From Camelus ferus (lineage: Eukaryota): a stretch of 64,000 bases of DNA. A program made the translations under genes and the position numbers. The stretch covers positions 57,166,001 to 57,230,000 of the forward strand of contig NC_045707.1 of NCBI RefSeq assembly GCF_009834535.1. Reading direction: 5' to 3'. Below, in pieces: positions 26,852 to 38,912 of this stretch. The notes under the pieces were generated by a model that had not been told where the DNA came from, searched no databases, and saw only the letters and a list, made by a program, of their open reading frames with translations. Positions within the stretch are counted from its first letter, which is position 1; every line of letters starts with the position of its first letter.

Positions 26852-26992
26852 ATCACCCACCTCGGTAGTGGATTAAAGAAACCTGAGTAATATGAACTTG
26901 AAGATGATGATAAGAGTTTCGACAGTGACAATAATAACAGACACCTGTATTATAACAATTGACTACAAACCGACACTGTTATTATGCCATAT
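26852..26992 (+). repeat. 141-bp local direct repeat, copy 2
   Basis: Ungapped match to 25580-25720, offset 1272 bp. Confidence 0.95.
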
Positions 26993-27719
26993 GAACTACA
27001 AGGCTTAAATTTGCTTAATTATTCATTCAACAACATATTTACTCAGCAACTATCATGCGCCAGGCACTGCGTTTAGAGTTGGGAACACAAACAAAGGCAC
27101 AGACTCGTCCCTATGGAGCTTTTATGCTAAAGGGTGAATCTGTCGAGTGAGCTTTAATAAAATAATTGTACATTTAGACATACACCAGGTTACGTGTTGA
27201 AGGAAACATGTGTATTAAGAAAGAAAACATCATTATCCACTGGTAAATAAGACAGATTCTGTTCTTCTTCTTCTTTCTATTTTATATATAAGGTAACTGA
27301 GGCTCAGGGTTAACAGCTAACTGGAGGTCAGCGAGCTACTGAATGGTGTAGCCAGGATCCACCTCAAGTCTTTGACCTCATATTCTTTGCCCTTTCTACT
27401 GCTTCAAACCAATTATATTTCGTTTATAGTTTCTTTATACTAATTATCTATACAAAGTGACTGCCCTTTGTACTGAGAGCATGCATACAAACTTCTTTTT
27501 AGTTTTAACAAGCATTTTGCGAACCGAACAAACAAATGTCTCTTTCCCCTTAACATGCGTTTTTGCAATTTCTAGTAATAAAGGCAAAATAGATTTCAAG
27601 CCGACACATGATAAAATGTGTTGCAAGAAACCTCTCCTAAGCGATTATAGCAGGCTGTGGGAGGTATGCCCAGACCTAAGTAGATAAGAAGTTCAACATT
27701 CTTTAATTTAAAAGACTTA

Positions 27720-28240
27720 TATTCAGTTCATCACACATATGGTTTTCTGACACATCAGTAAACCAAACAAGACAAAGATCTCCACCCTAAGAGTCCTTAT
27801 GTTTTAGCAGAGGATATGAAATAAATGTACTAAGTAAATCATGTATTATGTTAAAAGGTATTCAATGCTATTCGGCTGGGTGTCAGGGGAGAGTACAGCA
27901 AAATAGAGGCTTGGGTGTGCAGGGGATGTAATTCTCACTGGGACGATCAGGGAAGACCTCACGAAGAAAGTGACACATTGGCACTGGCATGCAGAAGTGG
28001 GGAATAAGTGGATACCTGTGAGTACACAATTTTAGGCAGAAAGAACAGCAGTACAGTGGTGTGAGCGGGGTGGTTATGTGATGTGACTGAGGAACAGCCA
28101 GGGGACCAGGGGAGATGAAACAGAGAGAACAGGTGAGAAAGCGGTCATGGACCAGGTCAGAGAGCTTAAGGGCCTGCAGGGAGCTGGAAGAAAATGGAAG
28201 GGCTATGTCTTGCCTTTGAACGTGATGGTTCAAGACACTG
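27720..28240 (-). mobile_element. L2 fragment
   Basis: gatcagggaagacctcacgaagaaagtgacac; ggcagaaagaacagcagtacagtgg; tgactgaggaacagccaggg. Confidence 0.75.
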
Positions 28241-29415
28241 CACAGAGGAGGCCGGAGAGAAGGAATTAGGCCACACTGCTATTTGTGGTTCCTTTCATTT
28301 CACTCTGCCTCTCCTACTTTTTTGAACAAGTTCAAAGGATTCTGAATCCTGATGATTCTCCCTTTTTCTCTCTATTCACTTCCTCTGTGCAGATGGGGAA
28401 AGACGTGGTCAAGGTTAAGGGCTTTGGGGAAAGCTGGAAAGTAACAAACAACTATCTCAGTGTTTTATCCTGTCCTATATTTTGCAAAGTATAATCCGTG
28501 CTATTTATTTGAAGAACCCCAAGTTGCCCAGCAGAAAGTTACAAGAAAGATAAATCAAAGTAATATAAATTATGAACTTAAATTCTATATAGAGCTTAAG
28601 AACCAAGCTAAACACTAAAAGTTATATACCTCACCATCTCAGTGCATTAATCCCTGTGGAAAGTGGCCGTGCTCTGCAATTACATTACCAGGTGTCCCAT
28701 TTAAGGGTCAGCACTGGGGGAGACCAATGAGAAGAGTCTGTCCTACATAGAGTTAGAGTTATAGTCTTGGCATCTTAAGTAAATGTTAAAACAAATCTTC
28801 AACCAAAACCCAATCTAGCAATGATTCAGTAACTTTACAATCCAGCCTCACCCCACAATGGTACTAGAAGATGTCCAAAACTTTTCTGTCCTCTGAAAGA
28901 AATCAAATCAATAAATTTAGGATTTTTTTTGGAAAGAAAGATCTCACAATGGCTCAATGTGGCCCCAAGGAGTACTAAAGTTGGGGCCATATCACACCTA
29001 AAAAAATGAGCCAACATACTAAAATTAGATTTCATAAAATTAGACTTCACCTCCAAATCCAGATTTCCAGGTTCCCTTGAAGACCTGGAGGGTCTAGCCA
29101 CACAGGGCCTGGGTTCTTTAATGACAACAATCAACTGAACTTGATCAGCTGCTGGTTTTGTCATTGAACTTGCCATTCCCTGAGGCTGTTAATCACAGAG
29201 CTTGCATTTTTCTTTCCATTCAGACTGTAAAATACATTCTTCTGCATGCTATTTATTTTGTCTTGTGCTTAACCACAGTCTCGCAACCATAGAGGTGTGA
29301 TATATACTGATAACTGATTTTTCTCCCACCATTTCTCCCATTTACATTATCTGCCTGGCTCCTGTAGGCATCTGAATTTTAACTGCCGCTCTGAAGACAG
29401 ACTTGTCAAGTTAGG

Positions 29416-29449
29416 CTGCACTATGTCTGAACAACCACTAGATGGTGCC
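29416..29449 (+). promoter_or_regulatory. Candidate CTCF binding site (core plus upstream module)
   Basis: Core CCACTAGATGGTGCC at 29435-29449, with CTGCACTATG upstream (TGCA starts 18 nt before the core CCAC). Confidence 0.6.
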
Positions 29450-30982
29450 CATTTTGGCCTTGCTAACCTTGCTTCTTGCAGCTACTCCTCAATGTTTAAT
29501 ACTTTCCTAACCACGCCTGAGTTGCTCTGAAGACAAAAGTTTTACATGTTCAACAAAGAAAATATATTTTTCAGTACTATTTGGGGATAAATGTCACTTC
29601 AGTAAAATTTTCCATTGTGACTTGCAAATTTAAAATAATACATTTTTTAAAATTTAATATATTTTTATATATGAAATTGAATGGGAAAATATATTTCTGA
29701 AAAGACTTACAATAAATAAGCTTATGAAAAACAAAATATTAGCTCATAACAAAAAAGTGGACATTGATTTAAAATGAAAATATCTGAGAATGTCTCATTA
29801 AAAAATATTCATTAATATTAAATCTAGAGTTGGTGAATATGGAAACCTCTGAACAGAACACTGAATAGCCTTATCTCAGATACAAAAAAAAAATCATTTT
29901 GAAGATAAGCATAAGCAACAGCAAGCAATCAGAGGAAAGATCTAGAAATCCTAGGCACCTAAGAGTTGATAATCACTCAAAGTTCTATGAAACCAACACA
30001 AAGGACAATTTGATTATTGTTATTTCAGGGTTTACTTTGTTCTCATTGACTTTCAGATGGAAAATTATCAAAGGAAAGGAAGACAGATACCATTTTTATT
30101 CAATGTTATATTCTTACCTTACCATAGACATCTGAGTGTAGATTTACAATTTCTATTATTATCCGAAGGAAAAAAATTTTAACATATACCTCCTATAACC
30201 TGTAGTTTTTAAATAATGTGCCATTTGCCTAAACCATATTCATCTTTTCTCCTTCTTAAAATTATTTTAATTTATCAACAATTTAGTGGGTTTATATCAG
30301 GCATACATCACTAAAATTGGTTTTTGTTCTGATGTCAAGGGCAACACATTTCCCATATAATCATGCTCAGGTCATGTTACTGTTAGCATGAGGATAACTG
30401 AGCCAGGAGGGAGCCCGAAGAAACAAAGCAAATTTATATATTCATTTAGATACAACAGTGTTTGCTTCTTCCCACTAGATGTTTATTATACGAACTAAGC
30501 ATTATTTTGGTACAAATTTAAAGTTATTTTAATATCTAAGTATACTATCACTGATTCAATTTACATAATATCTGCAATGTGGCCCATACTGAGGTCAAGT
30601 CTGCAAATGCAAAAAATGAGGAAGATATGGTCCTTAAAGCAAAGAAATTCAGAATCCAGGAAAAAAAAATCATACATAAATAATAATCATAAAATAAGAA
30701 GATATAACAATAGATGTTTATATAATATAAAATAGCGTACATATATTTGATTTATATATAACACATATACATTTGATTTAGATACAAGTAAAAACTTCAA
30801 ATTTTAGAATTGTAAAATGAAAACACAGAAGCATAAATAATTAAAAAGTCAATAAAATATTTATATATTCATTCTGGAAAATCTTCATTCAAAAGCAGTG
30901 TGTGAGTTAGTAGAATTTCATGACCAAAAGCCCATGACACAAATATAAACGTTAGTCAAAACTAATCAAAGACTAGCTTCTA

Positions 30983-31158
30983 GGGGGAAGGGTATATATA
31001 GCTCAGTGGTAGAGTGTATGCCTAGCATGCACAAGGTCCTGGGTTCAATCCCCAGTACCTCCATTAAAGATAAATAACTAAATAAAAACCTAATTACTTC
31101 CCCCTCAAAAATAAAAAAGTAAGTTAAAAATAAATAAATAAAAGCCTCTAAAAAAAAA
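30983..31158 (+). mobile_element. tRNA-Ala-derived camelid SINE (Vic-1 type)
   Basis: A box tagctcagtgg, B box ggttcaatccc, aaacctaattac body, A-rich tail; perfect 15-bp TSD aaagactagcttcta at 30968-30982 and 31159-31173. Confidence 0.93.
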
Positions 31159-32859
31159 AAAGACTAGCTTCTATGGAGTAAATTAGCACCTGCTTCACAA
31201 ACAGCCAGTGTGTCCATCTAAAGAAAATCATGTTTGTATGACAAAGACAGTATTGGTGTCCAAATTATAGTAAAAAGGTAACAATCAGAGGCAACCTCAG
31301 GGCCCTGAACAAGAAGACAAGAGAAAACATATTTTTAAGCAGCACTGATGTTACTCTGCAAACCCTGGTCAAGTCAATCACAGAAAATATAACTAATTTA
31401 AAACCCAATTATAATACCTGAGGAAACAGTTCACTAAAATTGGGGGTGAAGGACTTGTTCTTCAGAATATATAGCATTTCCCATAGAAAGCGATATTTAC
31501 CTAAAATACCCGCATTTTACTTTTAAACATGTAAGTTAATCACATATTTATAGACACACACACAAACACGTTTTTGTTTTTGTTTTTGTTTTTACTTGCA
31601 CCAAAAAGATAAAAATGTATCTGTAATCAATAGTTTATTCCTTTGGCCATGTGCCCACTGTGTGTCCAGGTAAATAAATATCTCTGAAAAGAATCAGTTA
31701 TACTAAAAACTGCTTCAAATCTGAAATAATGCCACAACTATCTTTCTTGAAGGGGGATCTTTCAGGAACGCAAAGATTTTCATATAACATAGGAAGCTTC
31801 TAGAAATGTAACTTTTTAAGATGGTGACAATTTATTGGATATGACATTGAGATAATTTTCATTTAAATATGATGCTATATTAAGTTCATTTAGTTGAGAG
31901 ACAGGCCTTTCAACACAGGAAAGTAGGAAGTAGATGTTATTAAAAGAAGAGAAATCTTTCCTCAAGAGATAAAAGTGTACCATTTATATTCACGAGTAAA
32001 ATGTATTATTACTATCTAAAACAAAGAAGAATATGTTTCATACTTTAAAATGGAATTCTATTAGGTTTTAGAAAAATAGTATCTCATGTTCAAAAGTTGT
32101 CTGACAGTGAGCTAGAAAACATTTACTAACACATTTTCTTCTCAAATAAGTCTTCCAAATGAAGAAGTAAGTATCATTACTCAGAATAATCATTTTTCTC
32201 ATTCCCCTTTTCTTCACAAATAGGTTTCAATCAATATTTGGTCATTTAAAGACTATGTATTTGCAAGCAACATGAAATGGAGAATTGTTTAATCCATTTA
32301 GTTCAGGCTCAGAATAACCACAATTTCAATAATCTCTGTGCTTTCAAGAGCAATGTGATTTTCAAACTATATTTCACAGAAAATTAGTTCAATCCTACAT
32401 TTCTCTATGCGTATGCGCTCATAGACTTGATAAGAAATATGTTCTTCCATTTCTTTAATATTCATATGCTACGATTTACAAGTAGATCATCAAAATTTAT
32501 CACATCTTGAAAAAGATGCCTTGCTCGTTTTAAAACAGCACTTGTATTTAACAGTCAGGCCATTGTTGACAGAGAAAATAATACTACATCAAGGGGAAGT
32601 CCAAGGTCTAAAAGAATGGAAACTGTAACTGATGCCGACCATTTACTCATGACATGACTACAGCGCGTGTAATAAAAAGGAAAGAGAGTATATAGAAAAG
32701 AATAATTAATGACTGCCTCCACATTTTACCACTTTAACCTCTTTCCACTCTAGGCAATAATGGTCAAGTAATAAAGACTTCCTCTTGCTTTTACTCATTT
32801 ATAGTTTCTGCCAAAGTTCCTGATCCTCACGACATTTGCTATTAGGATCAGACATTTGC

Positions 32860-33350
32860 CTGAGAAAGTACAGGCATTTCAGAATGGATAGAGGAAGAAT
32901 TCACGGTGAAGAGGGTTGTGAGATGGGCTGGAAAGGTATAGAGACTCAGCATTATATATCCTTTAGAGCCTTGTTAAGCTCTGTTAAGTTTAGATTTATC
33001 CTAAGAACAATGTGTAATAATTCAAAAGCATTAAGTCGTCTGCAGAAGTAGGTACTTTCCTTATTCTCACAATGCAACGTTTATTGCAAGATCTAGCATT
33101 TATGACAATGGGTATAAAAGTAAATGATATGATTTGAGAAATACTTAGTGTAGACTGTATTGGGGCTGACAGTTGAAGGATGCAGGGAGTAGTAGGAGGA
33201 AGGGAAGTTTAAGAATGGGTCCAAAGTTTTGGTTTTAACAACTGGTTGGAAAGTGACTTAATTCACAAAGTTGGTTCCTGGGATTGAATTAATATTCCCT
33301 GCTAAGCTTGAGGCAGGGAAACGGGAAGCTCGGAAGTTTAAAATAGACTT
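32860..33350 (-). mobile_element. L2 fragment
   Basis: gagccttgttaagctctgttaagtttagatttatcctaagaacaatg; aagaatgggtccaaagttttggtttta. Confidence 0.55.
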
Positions 33351-33401
33351 TGGAGGGCAAAAGACAAAACTTACTGAAGAAATGCTGAAGAAGAAAATTA
33401 A

Positions 33402-33540
33402 GGGGGCAGGTGGGTATAGCTCAGTGGTACAGCACATGCCTAGCATGCATGAGGTCCTGGGTTCAATCCCAGTACCTCCATTACAATAAATAAATAAACC
33501 TAATTACGTACCCCCCCAAATTTTTTTAAAGAAAAGAAAA
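33402..33540 (+). mobile_element. tRNA-Ala-derived camelid SINE (Vic-1 type)
   Basis: gggtatagctcagtggtacagcacatgcctagcatgcatgaggtcctgggttcaatcccagtacctcca, then aaacctaattac and an A-tail; TSD unclear. Confidence 0.9.
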
Positions 33541-36500
33541 AGAAGTAACATACGGCACCAAAGTCCCAATGGCTACCAGGGACTGTGCAGTTACAGTAAA
33601 CCCATATTTGTAGTTAAGTGATTTTTCTCCAACAGAATTTACCATACTAAGATACAGGAATGAAAACAGTAAAGAATTGGATTGACCCACATCTGGAGTT
33701 CTGCCACAGAGGTGGGATGGAATAAGACGGCGTAAGACAAGTAAGGATATTAGCAAGAGAGTTGTGTTGTTCAAGTAAAGAATCTAACCAAGATAGCCAA
33801 GCGGTAAAAACAGAAGGAACCCTTCAGTAGTGACAACACACTATCAGAACCATTTAAAACTATCGTATTAAAATGACGTGTCTAAAAATGCAGACTGTCT
33901 GAAAATGTGGTTTGGTTGCATTGTATGAAAATACCGGAGCTTTAAAACAGACACTTTGAAAGTTATGAGCCCCAATTTACATTTGATCTTGACCCTTTCC
34001 CCACCTTCCAACCACCAAAAAAGGCCAAACTCCAGAGTTCCCGCACGCATCTATTTCCAGCTGTTCCTCACAGGTCCTCTTTTGTCCTTGGGACATTACA
34101 CGATGTCCCCTTTCCCTTCTCTGTTCACCCCACCTCCCAGCTTATCCCATCTCTTCCTTACAGACCCCCTCCACCTGCCTCCTCCACAGTAGCATCAACC
34201 TATGGAACGCTTTAAAACGCTCAGAAAGACCTCTCAAAATCCACTCATTGGTCTCTATCCATCCCTCCATCTTCCTCTAATTGAACCTGCTTTTCTCTAG
34301 CACCAATATTTCCAACAACTTTTAGTTTAATAGCATTCATTTTATTTTCCTCCCTAAATTCCTGAATTCTGAGTATTACAAGAATATTGACTTTATTATT
34401 TTTCTCTGCTAATGTACTGTATTCCAGCTATGTTATGTGTTAAGCGCTTTGGTAGCTAGATGGGAACACAAGCACCACTCAGAAAAGAACCACTCAGAGA
34501 TATATGGGGAACCACCACACGGATTTCAATTAAAGGGCTCTCAAAGGAATTGTTAAAGCATAGTTCCATTCAAAGTGGATTACTTTCTGTATGCTTCCTA
34601 GAGCATTTCTAAAGGAAATATGCCAAGTCCTGAAGCAAGTTTTATTATGTTTTCAGAAATATAACCTACCTAGACTAAAGTGGAATAGAAAATTTCGCTA
34701 TTAGAGAAGTCACTTTTCACAATTTTGCACTCACATGTCTTTATACAGAAGTTCTAAAAAAATCTAGCATAATGTGGATGTTAACCACATACACATTTTT
34801 CCAAGTTTATGTTTAAAAAGATACAGAGCTACTATGCTCTATTAATAAGGAACATTTAATTCAATACAAATTAATGTAAGTCATCTAATTATGGCTGTAT
34901 TCTTCAGTGAACATAAAGGTTATGATAGCAATTATTGTTCTATCTATTTGCTCATATAATTATAAACAGTGCAAACTGTAAAACAGAGTTATTTTAAAAC
35001 AATTACTATGTGGCTGCCATAAACACTATATTAAAAAATTAGTGGAGAATATATTTTTTAAGTGGCATTAAGTCATGCTGTCAATAAAGCCAGAGTCCTT
35101 TCTCTTGGTCTAATAAATTGTTTAATGTTTGTGATTCTCACACTGGGGCCTGTGGAAATATTCTCAGGGTCCATGAGTTCTCTATGAGAATTTTTAAACT
35201 TTGTGCTTTAATTTTGCTGACAACTTTTAAAACCTAATAAAGCAAAGCATATTCTGGATTATATATGAGAACTCATGCAATTTCACTGTATTTATTTGTA
35301 TTTTTTTTTCTTATGATCTCATGCATATTAAGTAAAAGCCAGATGCCACAGTGCATTATATAATAAAAGGCTTTACAGAATCAAAAGCACTACTATGTAA
35401 CTAGAAAACTGAGGCATCACAGAGAACATGCTGCCAAACTCAAAGGACCCCAGGCCATAGCACTCAAACCAGAAGCACGTTGCAATCAGCCATTTAGTTC
35501 AACCCTGACATCCCTCACTATATGAAATCAATATTGTCAATCTTAGCTTGACTGACTTTGTAGATTTGTTTTGATCCTATTTATAAATCATATAAGGCTT
35601 TATATATGTATTGAGCTGTAAAGAGAGGATATTAAAACCTAGTTTTAATTGCACATTAAAATAAATATGATTTAAGTCAATACAAAAAGTATGTAAGAAT
35701 GCTTTTTCTTTCTGAATTGTTTTTATGTCTCACAATTTTGAGAGGGAAAAAAATGGTTTCTTTGATTATTTTCTCATAAAGAAACACAAATATAAAAGAA
35801 GCAAGAGATGTCAACAGGAACCTTGCATCATTTAGATCAATCCTGCACTGATGATTTAATCGACACTTCAACTAAACCAACACACCAAGCATTTTTACAG
35901 CTATTACATAAACATGACAACTACTCTGGGTACACCAATCCCACTTCCCAGAATTTGCCTGTGTCCTGTTAACTTTTACGGTTTTGCTGGTCATTATATC
36001 CAAAAAGTCAATCAATACACACAAAAGTCTCACAGAGAAATTGCTAAATACCCCAGGAGCGGAATAAGGACATGAGATTATTGCAATGGTTGGGTCTGTT
36101 CCCAACAGTATTAACATCACTCAAAATAAAAGAGCCATACAAATATTTAAAAAATCAAAAATTCACAAATATAATGTATCAGTGGTAACTAATAAACACA
36201 GCAACATAGATCATCACACAAGCCAAGAATTTATCATAAATATCCATAAATAGATCAAATTTCCCATAAAACTATATATGATAAAGGTAACATAATTCAG
36301 CTTTGTAATGGAAACAAAATTATCTTATATCAAGTACAGCATGAGCAAATGAACAATTTCCCCAGGATCTCTAATCTTCTCAATAATTCTACTGAATGCA
36401 ACACGCATTGATTTACTAAAATATATTTTACATAATTATTACAAATGGCAAAAATGTGAGCATAAAACTGTCAAATGGATTAAACTAATATTAATAGCAT

Positions 36501-37539
36501 TATTTCCCATGTCTATACATTTATGGATTTCAAGAAGTTTTATATGAAAAATATTTCATCTCATACACTTGAAATATGAGTCTATCCTCATATTTGTATT
36601 TGCATCACTTAAGCCAATTAATGCCTTCAATTTATGTTAATTAGCTTTATCCTCTACTTGCTATGAAAATTATGTCAGGTCAAGTAATTTTCTAGTTTCA
36701 TGCATTTATTATTAAAGGTCAGAAACTGAAAGTTGATGTACTCAGCTGTCCTCAAGTTGCTGACCGTACATACAACATGTGCAGGTGCCATTCAACAGAC
36801 AAAATAGTAATTGTTACCAATTCCTCACACTTTTCACCTGTAGAAACATATTTTTTCTTTTTCTGCTCTGTCCCTCCTTGACTTTAATAACTGTCTGTCT
36901 CTCTCTCCTTTATTCTTCAACAATCTTTCTACTTGGTTTCCCATTTAATTCATCTTGTTGGCCTAATTTAGACCTACAAAGACAGTTCTGCCTTCACAGT
37001 GCTCACCTGCATCACTAACTATGTCAGATCCAACTCTTGGATAAATCCCTCCCTTCAGGGACACCTGTAGGGATGCCACCTGTATAGAGGGCCCATATGT
37101 CTTTCTTTCATGACCTAACTAATGCATCACTTCCCAAGCAAAGCCTTCTCTGAACCACCAGGGCCAGGTTGCTCTCTCCTTCCTCTGTACTGCAAATGCA
37201 CAAAGCTTTATTGTTATATTATACACAATTACTTTTGCATTTTTCTCACCAGGCAAACTAAGAACTCCTGGAGGGCAGAAATCATATTTTATTCATCTTT
37301 CTGGCCCACTGCCTAATACAAGAAACATTCAATGTATGTCTTCCTTCTCTATTTCTTGCATATCACCTATGAGACCTTGTTTTCAGCTATTATTTGTCTC
37401 CCTGAACAATTATTTATTGTCAAATAAAATGTCAGTTATTTATTGACATTAACAGGTTACAATTATTTACATATAAAATCTGGTATTTATTTTGCCTACT
37501 AAATGAAAAAGTATTTGTGGTAGAAACTCCTAATTGGTC

Positions 37540-37890
37540 ATCTAAACCCATCCAGCTACACTACATCGTCTAGGCTTCCTTGAAGCTGGTCACCAAATAG
37601 GATGGACAGGGAGATCATGGATGACATTTCTGAGTATGGGCTTTAAAACATAGAAGGTCTGATCCTCTACATCCTCTTCCACCATCCCAAGAGTTGGGAC
37701 ACACATGCCTTGGCCTCAGCTTCAGCGATGCAGATGAGGGCAATGAACCAGGGAATGAAGGTGCAGTAACATTTAATCTGAGTCATGACAAACTGAAACT
37801 CATCGTCTCTTGAAAGAAATGTATTTTAAAAATTTTAAGTCGCTATATTACTTAGTATCTTTGTTTCATCAGCTTAGCCTTCAACCTAAA
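37540..37890 (+). mobile_element. MLT1 (ERVL-MaLR) LTR, diverged
   Basis: 3' end tttaagtcgctatatt..tctttgtttcatcagcttagccttcaacctaa and internal gcagatgagggcaatgaaccaggg are MLT1-like. Confidence 0.6.
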
Positions 37891-38309
37891 ATTTAAAAGA
37901 TTTTTGTTTAATATATCAATCATTAGGAAATGCTTAATGATGATAACTATTCAAATACTTTTTGGGGGGAATATAACTGAAAGAAAGAGAACTAAAGCAC
38001 TTCTAACAAAGAGTCTTCTTTTCCCAGAATTCTGTTTGAAATGATACAGAAACCTCCCCTCATGGTACTACACAAAAGCACCTCAAAAGATGGAGAGCAA
38101 GCAGAGTATCTACCGGTGACTGCTTTCCAGTAGGCTGAACCAGACTTTTCTCAATCCAGTAGGTGTAGCCAGAGATCCAAAATAAAACACATAAATGGAA
38201 TAGCTTCCAGAATCCTATGGCACAAACCCAATCTTAACCTTTAAATGCCCACGGGCAGACACATGCTGCTATTGTTAAGGGGATTTAAGCTAAGTGATGC
38301 CCATTCATT

Positions 38310-38912
38310 TCCCTCCTGGACCACTTGTCATCTCCTGGTTTCCAATGTTGCCCACTATGCTCTCCTCTCCTTCAGAGACACCAGAGTGATACCTTTAATA
38401 ATATGGAACCTATAGTCATACTTAGAATAAAATATAGTCTTCACTATGGCCTGTAAATTCTTACATGACCTGACTTCTATATACTCCCCATTCTCACCTT
38501 CTACCACTCTTCTCTCATCACCAGCCTGCTGGCTCTCCACTGTGGTCCAAGTCTATTCTTGCTTCCAGCCTTTCTCTAATAGAATTTTCATCCAAATGTT
38601 CACATGGTCCCTCCCAGCCTTTATTTGAGTCTATCTCACTGGGTCATCTCCCCAGGGATAAGTGAATTTTCTACAAACCTATAAAAAAGGCAGCCCAGGT
38701 CACTCTCTCGCCTTGTATTTTTCTTCACTTAAATTGTGTTATATTTTCACTTATATTGTATCATATTTTTATTCATGACATATCTCCCCAATTAGAACGC
38801 AACCTTCCTGTGGGCAAAGACTGTATTGTTCACTACTGCAATCCATGGCATCCAGTAGTGTCCATATCTATTAGGTGTCCTAAAAGTATGTTTTGAATAA
38901 ATAAATAAATAA
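38310..38912 (+). mobile_element. L2 3' portion
   Basis: cagagacaccagagtgataccttta; tatggcctgtaaattcttacatgacctgac; tail aaaagtatgttttgaataaataaat. Confidence 0.75.

Noticed and set aside
30983..31063. tRNA-Ala(AGC)-like sequence (also at ~33412 and ~51735)
   Set aside because: Each is followed by a shared SINE body and A-tail, two have TSDs, and the stems are mutated. These are SINE heads, not tRNA genes.
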